Shown here: piece by piece, positions 45,520-54,006 of the stretch
Layout of the letters: every line of letters starts with the position of its first letter
Position numbering within the stretch: the first letter of the stretch is position 1
Assembly: GCA_021768625.1 (NCBI GenBank)
Contig: JAETUM010000004.1
Coordinates: 11,738-75,737 of the forward strand
Direction: 5' to 3'
Length of the DNA: 64,000 bases
DNA from: Candidatus Stoquefichus sp.
GTDB lineage: Bacteria; Bacillota_I; Bacilli_A; Erysipelotrichales; Coprobacillaceae
Position numbers and translations under genes: made by a program
Notes under the pieces: model-generated
The model's database searches: none
Seen by the model: the letters and a program-made list of their open reading frames with translations, nothing else
Told to the model about the DNA's origin: nothing

Positions 45520-46314
45520 TTGTTTAATTTGGAAGATGTGTTATTATATTTTTCGTTAAAGTATAAAGGGGATTTTAAAAAAATTTATCAAGCAATAATT
45601 GATAAGGAAGAAATTGATCAAAAAAAATTAGAAGAAGATAAAGAAAGAATGAAATGTAAATATACTACTATTGTAAGTGAAGATTACCCTCAATTATTAA
45701 AACATATTGCATGTCCACCATTTGTCCTTTATTATTATGGAGATTTAAATTTAGTAAACCAAAAGACACTGGGAGTTGTAGGTACAGTACAGCCAAGTCA
45801 GTATGGAATAGATATGACACGTACATTTGTAAAAGACTTAGTAGAAAATGATCGTGTTATAGTCAATGGACTAGCATTAGGAATTGATGCTGTTACAACT
45901 CAACAGGTCATTGATTCTGGTGGAAAAAATATTGCAATTTTACCATGTGGGATAGATTATTGCTATCCAAAAGCACATCAGGAGCTGTATGAGGAATTAA
46001 AGAAAAATCATTTAGTGGTAAGTGAATATCCATTCGAGTTAAAACCTGAAAAATGGTATTCTCCTGCTAGAAATCGTCTGGTTGCGGGTTTATCTCCAGC
46101 ATTGCTTGTAACAGAAACAAAGATTAAAAGTTCAAATATGATTACTGTAGGATATGCTTTGGAACAAGGTAAGGATGTTATGTGTGTACCATCTAATATT
46201 TCTTCACAGAGTGGATGTAATGTGCTAATAAAACAAGGAGCTATGTTAGTTGAAGATGCTAATGAAGTACTTGAATATTTAGGTGATAGCTGCTCTATGG
46301 GATTAGGAATGTAA
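45520..46314 (+). CDS. dprA: DprA/Smf-like DNA-processing protein
   Basis: LGVVGTVQPSQYG...VNGLALGIDAV...GGKNIAILPCGIDYCYP...SEYP...ARNRLVAGLS...VTE...SSNMITVGYALEQGKDVMCVP...GCNVLIKQGA follows the DprA Rossmann-domain consensus throughout. The true start may be TTG 45529, because the SD abuts 45520. Confidence 0.8.
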   Translation: MFNLEDVLLYFSLKYKGDFKKIYQAIIDKEEIDQKKLEEDKERMKCKYTTIVSEDYPQLLKHIACPPFVLYYYGDLNLVNQKTLGVVGTVQPSQYGIDMTRTFVKDLVENDRVIVNGLALGIDAVTTQQVIDSGGKNIAILPCGIDYCYPKAHQELYEELKKNHLVVSEYPFELKPEKWYSPARNRLVAGLSPALLVTETKIKSSNMITVGYALEQGKDVMCVPSNISSQSGCNVLIKQGAMLVEDANEVLEYLGDSCSMGLGM

Positions 46315-46336
46315 ATATTTTAATATGATTTGATAA

Positions 46337-46368
46337 GGGAATAAGATGAAAAGTTTTATTCCCTTTTT
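46337..46368 (+). terminator. intrinsic terminator after dprA-like gene
   Basis: 8-bp stem GGGAATAA / TTATTCCC, 11-nt loop, T5. Confidence 0.7.
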
Positions 46369-46389
46369 ATTAGGAGGAGCTGAAGAACA

Positions 46390-47499
46390 TTGACTGAAAT
46401 AAAGAAGGAAAAATCAATACAGATGAGTCTGTTTGATTATTTTATTGATTCTGGAGCATTTACTTTACAACAGGCCAATGAGTGTGTTTTAGAACACTAT
46501 CAAAGAGATGTTAAAATTCCAAGTATAAGAGCAAGAATTTATGAGGGGATTGATAAAGGACTATTCAAAAGATTAGAAAAAGGTGTTTTTATTGCTAATA
46601 CTGAGAAAAATGCTTGTTTGCTTGTACAAGGTAATGGTAGAGATTTAAGTATGCTTGATGATGATAGTGTTGATGCAATTATATGTGACCATCCATATGA
46701 TTTGAGAAAATCACACGTTGGTGGTAACAGACAATTGATTGATTATGATTGTTTTAAGTATGATGTGAGTGATTTTGAACAGAAGTACAGAGTATTGAAA
46801 CCTGGTGGTTTTTTGATTGAAATGCTTCCAGAAAGAAATGCAGATAACATTGAATATTTAAATGAAATATTGAATATAGCAAAGAAATGCAATAGAGCAG
46901 ATAAGATGAAAGGTTTTGAGCTGTATGCAATTGTGCCATGGAAAAAAGGAGACTTTGTCATTAACCAGGGAAGAAAGAGTAAGAATACAGAAGATATGTA
47001 TTTTTTTACAAAAGGTAAAGCTAGAAATTTAAAGTTGGATAACAAAAAGAATTTGTCAATTGCTAAAAATTTAAATTTAAAGATTCCATCTACAAAGTCT
47101 GAAGATGTCGCTAATGCTTTAATTAAAGCTGGTATAGAACCATTTTATATGAGTGGTACAAATGGTATGTTGCCAACAGAATTTGATTATCAGCCAGCTT
47201 CAACTAAAGAAAAAATACATAAAGCAGAAAAACCAGTAGAATTATTTGAAGACATTATAAAATATGTATCTCTTGAAAATGAGTTGATTTTAGATCAATA
47301 TGCAGGCTCTGGGAATTTGGGTAAGGCAGCTTTAAATACAAATAGAAATGCTATACTTATAGAGCAAGATAAACAGACATTTGAGAAAATCATAAGTTCA
47401 TATGAAGAATTTGATACACTTGTAGATATTGCTGAAGATTGTATTTTTCTAAATAAAGATGTTCAGGATGAAGATGAAATGATAATGGGAATAAATTGA
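46390..47499 (+). CDS. orphan beta-class (motif IV before motif I) N6-adenine/N4-cytosine DNA methyltransferase
   Basis: Motif IV variant AIICDHPYD (DPPY-like) is N-terminal. Motif I LDQYAGSGNLGKAAL, preceded by EKPVEL, is C-terminal. No cognate restriction gene is adjacent. TTG start; ATG 46423 is an alternative. Confidence 0.75.
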   Translation: MTEIKKEKSIQMSLFDYFIDSGAFTLQQANECVLEHYQRDVKIPSIRARIYEGIDKGLFKRLEKGVFIANTEKNACLLVQGNGRDLSMLDDDSVDAIICDHPYDLRKSHVGGNRQLIDYDCFKYDVSDFEQKYRVLKPGGFLIEMLPERNADNIEYLNEILNIAKKCNRADKMKGFELYAIVPWKKGDFVINQGRKSKNTEDMYFFTKGKARNLKLDNKKNLSIAKNLNLKIPSTKSEDVANALIKAGIEPFYMSGTNGMLPTEFDYQPASTKEKIHKAEKPVELFEDIIKYVSLENELILDQYAGSGNLGKAALNTNRNAILIEQDKQTFEKIISSYEEFDTLVDIAEDCIFLNKDVQDEDEMIMGIN

Positions 47500-47516
47500 T
47501 ATTCTCACAGTTTAAA

Positions 47517-47532
47517 ATGGCAAGTTTGCCAT
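47517..47532. repeat. element palindrome copy (ATGGCAAGTTTGCCAT)
   Basis: Perfect palindrome with AAA/TTT flanks, ending 17 nt upstream of ATG 47550. The centre GT is the reverse complement of the common AC. Confidence 0.9.
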
Positions 47533-47549
47533 TTTAGGAGGAGATAAAA

Positions 47550-48383
47550 ATGACAAAATACAAAATAAAGGTTACAGAAATTTTACAGAAGGAAATTGAG
47601 ATTGAAGCAGATAATCTTGATAAAGCTATAGAAAAGGTTGAAGAAATGTATGATAATTCTGAAATTGTTTTGGATTCAGAGGATTTTGTATCTGTTGATT
47701 TCAATAATGCACAAGAATTAGAGATAGAAAGAAGTCTAACAACTAATTCTATAGAATTTAATGATTTAAAAACAGCATTACAGGAATTTGATGAGAATGG
47801 GATAAGATCAGAGGTTGGTAAGTGGAGTATAGTTCGAGGAGCATATGATATGCAATTTGAAATACATTATGAAGGTATGACAATACTTCAATGTATTGAT
47901 AATCAATTAGAATGGGTATATAGACCTGAGTATTGGGATAGTGAAACTGAGAAATCACTGATAGATCTTGTTGCAAACACGTATGGTATTAAAATGCAAA
48001 AAACGATATCTACTATTAAAGATTTAAAACAGGCCATTGAAGATGTTGGCTGGTCTGTTTCTGAATCAGATATCTTTTCAAATGAGAAATGTTGGATCCT
48101 TTCAAAGTATTCACCTGAAGAAGAAAATTTTAGCTTTTCAATACATCATCATAATAATGTTGAAGAAATAATACATGAAATAAATGAATATGTTTTTATT
48201 TTTGATAAAGATGAATATTTTTTAACTCTTGATGCAAGGGATGAATATTGTGGAACGTGGATTGCTGAACATGCTAGAGATGTCGAAACAATGCTAAATA
48301 GATTATCAGATTATTGCAATAATTTGAATATTGTTACGACAACAAGCAAAGACAATGAAGATGAATTTGAAATGTCTTTGTAA
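47550..48383 (+). CDS. DpnD/PcfM-like N-terminal domain protein
   Basis: MTKYKIKVTEILQKEIEIEADNLDKAIEKVEEMYDNSEIVLDSEDFVSVDF matches the DpnD/PcfM domain pattern common on Gram-positive conjugative elements. The C-terminal 200 aa are unknown. Confidence 0.55.
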   Translation: MTKYKIKVTEILQKEIEIEADNLDKAIEKVEEMYDNSEIVLDSEDFVSVDFNNAQELEIERSLTTNSIEFNDLKTALQEFDENGIRSEVGKWSIVRGAYDMQFEIHYEGMTILQCIDNQLEWVYRPEYWDSETEKSLIDLVANTYGIKMQKTISTIKDLKQAIEDVGWSVSESDIFSNEKCWILSKYSPEEENFSFSIHHHNNVEEIIHEINEYVFIFDKDEYFLTLDARDEYCGTWIAEHARDVETMLNRLSDYCNNLNIVTTTSKDNEDEFEMSL

Positions 48384-48402
48384 AATAAGCAAAGGAAAAC
48401 CA

Positions 48403-48999
48403 ATGATGAAAAAAGAAGATATAAATGGTAGTGAGTTAATGGAGTATATTTATCTTTGGAGTCCGTCTATTGTCACTTTTATAATATTTTTATATAATAT
48501 TATTGATAAAGGAGTAATAGAAATGAAAGAATGGCTAACGCTTATTGGAGCAGTTGTAGCAGCAGTTATTGCAGCAGGAGTAGCTATATGGAAAGAAAAC
48601 AGAAATAGCAAAAGAATAGTAGAGAAAGTAGAAGAAAGACATACTAAAGAAAGAGCAGAACGCTATCATGAAAATGAACTTAAACAGGCTGAAAATAATT
48701 ATAAGCTTGAACTTGATTCAAATAAAAAAATTGCTAAAAATCATGATTGTTTGATTAGAATTGATACATTATTGTCTATGCAACAAGAGAAAATCAGAAA
48801 TTCTGATACATCTACAAAAGGTGTGGAAGCAGCAATGAATATCATTAATAAGATTGTACAGGATAATGCCGATATTTCAGGTATGAATAGTAAGTTGATT
48901 CAAGAAAACCTGGAGTTAAAAGGAAAGATTTCTGATATGGAGAAGAGAATTAATATTATAGCTGCAGAAAACAAAAAGCTTACAGAAAAAAATGGTTAA
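48403..48999 (+). CDS. membrane-anchored coiled-coil protein
   Basis: Start moved to ATG 48403 (AAAGGA SD). Two hydrophobic helices followed by a heptad-rich K/E region. Confidence 0.5.
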   Translation: MMKKEDINGSELMEYIYLWSPSIVTFIIFLYNIIDKGVIEMKEWLTLIGAVVAAVIAAGVAIWKENRNSKRIVEKVEERHTKERAERYHENELKQAENNYKLELDSNKKIAKNHDCLIRIDTLLSMQQEKIRNSDTSTKGVEAAMNIINKIVQDNADISGMNSKLIQENLELKGKISDMEKRINIIAAENKKLTEKNG

Positions 49000-49132
49000 T
49001 TATGAATTGCTTGAAACTGAGTATCAGGCTCTAAAAGATAAATATGAAAAAGTATTAAAAGAAAATAAAGAATTATCAAAAGAACTTCATCATGAAAAAG
49101 ATGATTTTGAAATGATGATGTAAAGAGTAATG

Positions 49133-49166
49133 AAACAGGTTGGAATAACGACCTGTTTTCTTTTTG
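49133..49166 (+). terminator. intrinsic terminator upstream of the T4SS core operon
   Basis: Stem AAACAGGT / ACCTGTTT, 10-nt loop, TTCTTTTT. Confidence 0.75.
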
Positions 49167-49184
49167 TGTGAATAGATGTCAAAA

Positions 49185-49200
49185 ATGGCAAACTTGCCAT
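49185..49200. repeat. element palindrome copy (ATGGCAAACTTGCCAT)
   Basis: Perfect palindrome with AAAA/TTTT flanks. It follows a separate, unrelated terminator by 19 nt and ends 19 nt upstream of ATG 49220. Confidence 0.9.
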
Positions 49201-49219
49201 TTTTGAGAAAGGAGAGTTT

Positions 49220-49615
49220 ATGACTTTTATCATTCCAAAAGATTTTAAAAAAGGGAAATATATTTTAAATAGATATAGAATCAAAGATTTAATTATACTT
49301 GCGAGTGGGTGTATATCAGGATGTGTAACCATTCTTTCAATGGTAATGATGACCTTAAATACATCTAAAATCATATATGCAGTTATTGGGATTATTGTTG
49401 GAATATTGATTATTGGAACTGTATTTCTTCTTACAACGAATGTAAGTTATTACTTTAATCTTTTAGAATATTACATTTCTATAATTGATTTTTATAAAAA
49501 TAATCATGAGTATATATGGACTGGTTTTGATTATACCTATGAAGAGGAGGAAAGAAAAATAAATGAGTTGGAAAGAAAAGAGGAAAAAAGAAAGAAGAGC
49601 CAAAAAAATTCATAA
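49220..49615 (+). CDS. PrgI/VirB3-like small T4SS membrane protein
   Basis: 131 aa. FIIPKDFKKGKYILNRYRIKDL followed by two TM helices. Sits directly upstream of the VirB4-like genes, as for PrgI/TcpE-type proteins. Confidence 0.5.
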   Translation: MTFIIPKDFKKGKYILNRYRIKDLIILASGCISGCVTILSMVMMTLNTSKIIYAVIGIIVGILIIGTVFLLTTNVSYYFNLLEYYISIIDFYKNNHEYIWTGFDYTYEEEERKINELERKEEKRKKSQKNS

Positions 49616-50156
49616 GATATTGGAATGGATGGACATTCAAAAAATAAACCATAAAGGTATTTATCTTCAAAGAGGAAGTCAAACTAGAGTCGTTAAAGGA
49701 ATACAAATTGAACCTATTAATATATATCTTCTTCCTCTTGAGGAGAGGGTTAATAGAATTTATGCTCTTGCTAATGCTTATGATAAATTAAAGTTTGATC
49801 TTTATTTAAAATGTGTTAGAAAGCCACCTGATTTAGATAGATATTTTGATCAGTATCAGAATTATATTTCAAAAGAGGATAATCCAGCTATAAAAAAACT
49901 CATACAAATTCAGTTTGATGGATTAGATTGGTTTTATGAAAACCAAAGAGAGGTTTCTTTTTATATGCTTATTCAAGAAACAGAAGATCTAATTGAAAAA
50001 AGATTTGATATGCTAGTTCAAGAATTTTTAAAGGCAGGATTTAACATCAAGGTAATGAGTGCAAGTGATTATGAACAAATCGTATCAAATGAATTTGAAA
50101 ATGAAACAGTCAATGAATATATGTTTACACATTTATTGTTGCCAGAGGATTTGTAG
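49563..50156 (+). CDS. conjugation protein, VirB4 N-terminal-domain-like
   Basis: 197 aa. GAGGAGG SD. Overlaps the upstream gene by 53 nt. Pattern ...GIQIEPINIYLLPLEE...ALANAYDKL resembles the N-terminal region of Gram-positive VirB4/PrgJ-type proteins. Weak call. Confidence 0.4.
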   Translation: MSWKEKRKKERRAKKIHKILEWMDIQKINHKGIYLQRGSQTRVVKGIQIEPINIYLLPLEERVNRIYALANAYDKLKFDLYLKCVRKPPDLDRYFDQYQNYISKEDNPAIKKLIQIQFDGLDWFYENQREVSFYMLIQETEDLIEKRFDMLVQEFLKAGFNIKVMSASDYEQIVSNEFENETVNEYMFTHLLLPEDL

Positions 50157-50166
50157 GAGGTAGATC

Positions 50167-52035
50167 ATGATTAAATTAACTAGAAAAGAAAAAGCTCGAA
50201 GAACAACCATTGTTCCAGCTGGTTTTAAAGCAAAAGAAGACTGTATTGTGATAGGTGAGAAATACAAACAAGTTCTAACCTTTTTTAAATATCCTGATGA
50301 ATTTGTAGAGGGTTTTTTAGCAAGTATGGTAACTTCACCCCACTATGCATTGGATTTGAAAATTTCACATGCTGATGATTTAGATGAAGCAAGTGCCTTA
50401 AAGTCACAGTTGTCAGAGAAAAAAGATAAATATAAGAATTCTAAAGATGATGTAGAAAAACAAACACTATATAATGAGATTATGTCACTTGAAAACTATA
50501 TAAATATGCTTGTAGGAAGTCATCGTTCAACATTAAATGTATCAACCCAAGCCTATGTTACAAATGTTTCAAAAAGCGAATTAGAAAAGAAAGTACAAGA
50601 TATTAAAAATGATTTCTCTAAAGGATCTACAGCGATTACACTTAGAAATATTAAATATATTCAAGAGGGGCTTTATAAAAATAATTCTCCTCTTTTTATT
50701 AAACCAGGATTAAGAAAAGAAGTGGCTTATTCCAATGGACAAATCATGTCGAGCTTGTCATGTGCAGGACTATGGCCATTTATATATAATACGCTTGAAG
50801 ATCCTGAAGGAAAATTAATTGGTAGAGAATTAACAAATGGAGGAAAGATTATCTTTAATCAATTTTTGTATAAGAATTATAAAGAATTAGCACAAATACA
50901 AGGAAGACCCAATGGTAATATGATTGTTGTTGGTCGTTCTGGAATGGGAAAAACAACAATTATGGTTTTGTTGCTAATAGACCACATCATACATCATAGA
51001 TATATTATATGGATAGATCCGGAAAATAAAAACCGTAATCTATGTAATGCTATTGGTGGAAATTATATTGAAATAGGGATTGGTGGACAATTAATTAATA
51101 TTTTTGATCTTAAGCCAATTACTACTGAAGAGAATGAAATAGAAGCAAAAGATATTATGTATGATACACAAACAGCTATATTTAATGTTGTTGAGGAAAT
51201 AAAAACGACATTTGAAACATTATGGCCAAAAATAAGCGAAAATGAATTAGCAATGATAGGAGAAATAACAGTAGAGACATATAAATCGGTTGGTATAGAT
51301 GGTTATGAGAGTTTTGAACATTATAGTCCTGAAGATTATCCTACGTTTACTAATTTTACTGCAACTATTAAACAGAAAATAGAAATGTATTCAAAAGAAG
51401 CAGAAATATATAAGTTAGAGATTTCTGCTTTAAAAAAATTAGAGTTGAAAATGAGACAAATTACTGGATACGCAGATGTGCCTGGTGAATGGGGAAGGTA
51501 CTTTAATGGAATTACTACAATAAAGAAAGAAACCTTAGAGAAAACAAGGATGATAGCTATAGGAACTAAACATTTATTTCATGCTCATCCAAGGCTTAAA
51601 AATGCTTTATTAAGACAGATATTTAAATTTTCAGAATCAATGTGCCTAGATGAAAACGAAGAAAGTGTATTGTGCATTGATGAAGAGCATATGTTCATTT
51701 CAGAAGAAATTTTAGCAGATGTTCTAGGGACACTTCAGAGAAGGGTTAGAAAATATAATACAGTTACTTTAACAGGAACACAACAAGTTATTGATTATGC
51801 TTCTCCGAAAATCTTAACACATGGGAAGGCTATTTTTGATAATGCGATATATCAATTCTATATGAATCTAACAAAAGATGGAGTTACAGATTTAAGCAAA
51901 TTAGTAACATTGACAGATGAAGAAAAATTGAGATTGCAATCATTGAGTCCTCATACAGGACTGTTCTTTTGTGGGCAAAAAAGAATACCACTTGAAGTCC
52001 TTGCGACAGATGCTGAGCTTAGTTTAATGCTTTAG
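50167..52035 (+). CDS. VirB4/TrsE/PrgJ-like T4SS ATPase
   Basis: Walker A VVGRSGMGKTT, Walker B VLCIDEEH. 622 aa. N-terminal FKYPDEFVEGFLA motif is typical of the family. Confidence 0.85.
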   Translation: MIKLTRKEKARRTTIVPAGFKAKEDCIVIGEKYKQVLTFFKYPDEFVEGFLASMVTSPHYALDLKISHADDLDEASALKSQLSEKKDKYKNSKDDVEKQTLYNEIMSLENYINMLVGSHRSTLNVSTQAYVTNVSKSELEKKVQDIKNDFSKGSTAITLRNIKYIQEGLYKNNSPLFIKPGLRKEVAYSNGQIMSSLSCAGLWPFIYNTLEDPEGKLIGRELTNGGKIIFNQFLYKNYKELAQIQGRPNGNMIVVGRSGMGKTTIMVLLLIDHIIHHRYIIWIDPENKNRNLCNAIGGNYIEIGIGGQLINIFDLKPITTEENEIEAKDIMYDTQTAIFNVVEEIKTTFETLWPKISENELAMIGEITVETYKSVGIDGYESFEHYSPEDYPTFTNFTATIKQKIEMYSKEAEIYKLEISALKKLELKMRQITGYADVPGEWGRYFNGITTIKKETLEKTRMIAIGTKHLFHAHPRLKNALLRQIFKFSESMCLDENEESVLCIDEEHMFISEEILADVLGTLQRRVRKYNTVTLTGTQQVIDYASPKILTHGKAIFDNAIYQFYMNLTKDGVTDLSKLVTLTDEEKLRLQSLSPHTGLFFCGQKRIPLEVLATDAELSLML

Positions 52036-52059
52036 ACTAAGTTTTATTATGAGGAAAAT

Positions 52060-53079
52060 ATGAAAAAGTTAGTGTCGATATTTATAGGAACTATTCTTAC
52101 AATTGCTATTTTATTATCTTCGTTGATTGGTGGAATATGTGGTAGTGATCAAGAATCAGTTGATCCAGGTAATGATACATTAAGCACTGAAGTTCTTAAT
52201 TATGGACCAACGATTATATTGTATGCTCAAGAATATGAAATGAGTGATTATGTAAATTTAATTCAAGCAGTCATGATGCAAGAATCAGGTGGAAGAGGAA
52301 TGGATCCTATGCAGTCCTCAGAGGGTCCATTTAATAAAAAATATCCCAAGGTTCATAATGGGATTACTGATCCTAATTATTCAATTGAATGTGGAATCCA
52401 GGAATTAAAAAGCTGTCTAAATGCTGCAAAGGTAAGAAGTGCTTCGGACTTAGAAAGGATCTCATTAGCATTACAAGGTTATAATTTTGGAAATGGCTAT
52501 ATTAAATGGGCTGTTAAAAATTATGGTGGCTATTCTAAAAGTAATGCTAAAACATTTTCAAATATGTATAAAGCAAAATTAAATGTTAAAGTGTATGGAG
52601 ATCCTAATTATGTCCCACACGTAATGAGATATTATTCAGTGTTCGGAGAAACAGATATTTCCAAATTAACAGAAGTATCACAAAAAATTCTTGCAATTGC
52701 AAAATCTAAATTAAACTGTCCATATCATTGGGGAAAAAGTGGCCCAGATCAATTTGATTGTTCTGGATTGGTATATTATTGTTTGAGCCACGCTGGAGTT
52801 AAAGGTTCGAGATCAACAGCAAGTGGTTATTCAAAACAGTTTAAGACCATTTCCTATTCTTCATTACAACCAGGAGATTTAATTACAATTTCCTATGATG
52901 GAAAAACAGTTTCGCATATTGGTATTTATGCAGGTGATGGAAAAATGATACATGCTTCAGGAGAAGGTTCAACATGTTTAGGAAATCATGTTGAAAGAGG
53001 TCATGTTGTAAAATATGGTGATGTGAGTAAAGGCAGTTTCTTTTTTAAACATATTTATAACTGTAAAAGAGTTCAATAA
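52060..53079 (+). CDS. bifunctional cell-wall hydrolase (lysozyme/SLT-like + NlpC/P60)
   Basis: N-terminal TM. LIQAVMMQESGGRGMDPMQSSEG (lytic transglycosylase-like). C-terminal CPYHWGKSGPDQFDCSGLVYY...HIGIY...IHAS (NlpC/P60 Cys-His). Typical of conjugative peptidoglycan hydrolases (TcpG/PrgK/Orf14 class). Confidence 0.85.
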   Translation: MKKLVSIFIGTILTIAILLSSLIGGICGSDQESVDPGNDTLSTEVLNYGPTIILYAQEYEMSDYVNLIQAVMMQESGGRGMDPMQSSEGPFNKKYPKVHNGITDPNYSIECGIQELKSCLNAAKVRSASDLERISLALQGYNFGNGYIKWAVKNYGGYSKSNAKTFSNMYKAKLNVKVYGDPNYVPHVMRYYSVFGETDISKLTEVSQKILAIAKSKLNCPYHWGKSGPDQFDCSGLVYYCLSHAGVKGSRSTASGYSKQFKTISYSSLQPGDLITISYDGKTVSHIGIYAGDGKMIHASGEGSTCLGNHVERGHVVKYGDVSKGSFFFKHIYNCKRVQ

Positions 53080-53082
53080 AAC

Positions 53083-53253
53083 GGTATACTTTTCGGTATA
53101 CCTGTGTATTACAGTTTGGTATACCTCTTTAATTACCTCTAAACCCTTGAAAATCAACGTTGTTGATTTGTCCAAATGGATTTTGGTATACCGAGGTGTA
53201 TGACAAAATCCCTTATCCTGCTACAGACAAAACGGTATACCTTTTGGTATACC
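53083..53253. repeat. array of six GGTATAC(C) palindromic boxes plus a 7-bp inverted repeat (candidate oriT / RHH operator region)
   Basis: Boxes at 53083, 53095, 53118, 53185, 53234 and 53246. Two 25-bp modules, AAAACGGTATACTTTTCGGTATACC and AAAACGGTATACCTTTTGGTATACC, lie 151 bp apart. Inverted repeat AATCAAC-GTT-GTTGATT at 53152-53168. Confidence 0.6.
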
Positions 53254-53303
53254 ATTTTGCGGTTTTATGGAATTTATGTTAAAAATGGGAGGAGTGAATT
53301 TTC

Positions 53304-53663
53304 TTGAAAAAGGTATTACAAATTAAAATTGATCATGAAGTATATGAAATGTTTGAATATGTTTATCAAACAGAAAGAGTAAAAGAATCGAAATTAACGA
53401 AGAAAGAAGTTATGGAAAAAATAATTAAATTTTATGTGCAAAATCACTTTATAGAAAGTGGTGATTCAACAGCTCCTTCTAACGCAAGTGTCACTGATGA
53501 AATTTTACTTAAACTATATGAATATGTCTTATTGCTGGTGAAAGCAAATACAAATCTTCCACCAAAAGATGAAGTGGCTAAAATGAAAAAATATGTAGAA
53601 TCTCCATCAAGGTTTGATAAATTCATTAATGAGAAAATTGCAAAAGAAATGAAGAATCAATAA
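53304..53663 (+). CDS. ribbon-helix-helix-like protein (candidate relaxosome accessory factor/regulator)
   Basis: TTG start with GGGAGGAG SD. N-terminal KVLQIKIDHEVYEMFEYVYQTE...LTKKEVMEKIIKFY fits a beta-strand/helix/helix RHH layout. Confidence 0.45.
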   Translation: MKKVLQIKIDHEVYEMFEYVYQTERVKESKLTKKEVMEKIIKFYVQNHFIESGDSTAPSNASVTDEILLKLYEYVLLLVKANTNLPPKDEVAKMKKYVESPSRFDKFINEKIAKEMKNQ

Positions 53664-53727
53664 AGAAGGTGATAGTATTTCTAAGACGAACAAAAGTTAT
53701 AGAGTAACTGATAACTTCATAAAAAAA

Positions 53728-53949
53728 ATGAAGTTGATTGAAGATTGGTACAAGGAATCAGGAGTACAAAAAAATAAGGCTGAGTTGTTGGATGAGATGA
53801 TTGATTTATATTATGTTCATTTATTTTCTAATGAAGATGTTTTAGCAGCACAAGTTCATGTGTTATGTGTTAATCTATTAAAACAAGTTAATGAACAAAA
53901 TGCAATTTTTTATAATTCGATTTTAGAAGAAATAAAAAAATCTCTCTAA
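53728..53949 (+). CDS. small hypothetical protein (possible second RHH-like accessory factor)
   Basis: 73-aa ORF. The frame is open upstream to 53669 (…KSYRVTDNFIKKMKLIEDWY…) but has no canonical start there. Confidence 0.4.
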   Translation: MKLIEDWYKESGVQKNKAELLDEMIDLYYVHLFSNEDVLAAQVHVLCVNLLKQVNEQNAIFYNSILEEIKKSL

Positions 53950-53976
53950 TCTATCTGGCAGAATTGCCAGATAGAT
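53949..53976. repeat. variant palindrome (ATCTATCTGGCA-GAAT-TGCCAGATAGAT) sharing the TGGCA...TGCCA core
   Basis: 12-bp perfect arms. Starts at the last base of the stop codon at 53947-53949. Confidence 0.8.
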
Positions 53977-54006
53977 ACATGAAAAAAATAGGAGGTGTTT
54001 AAGAAG

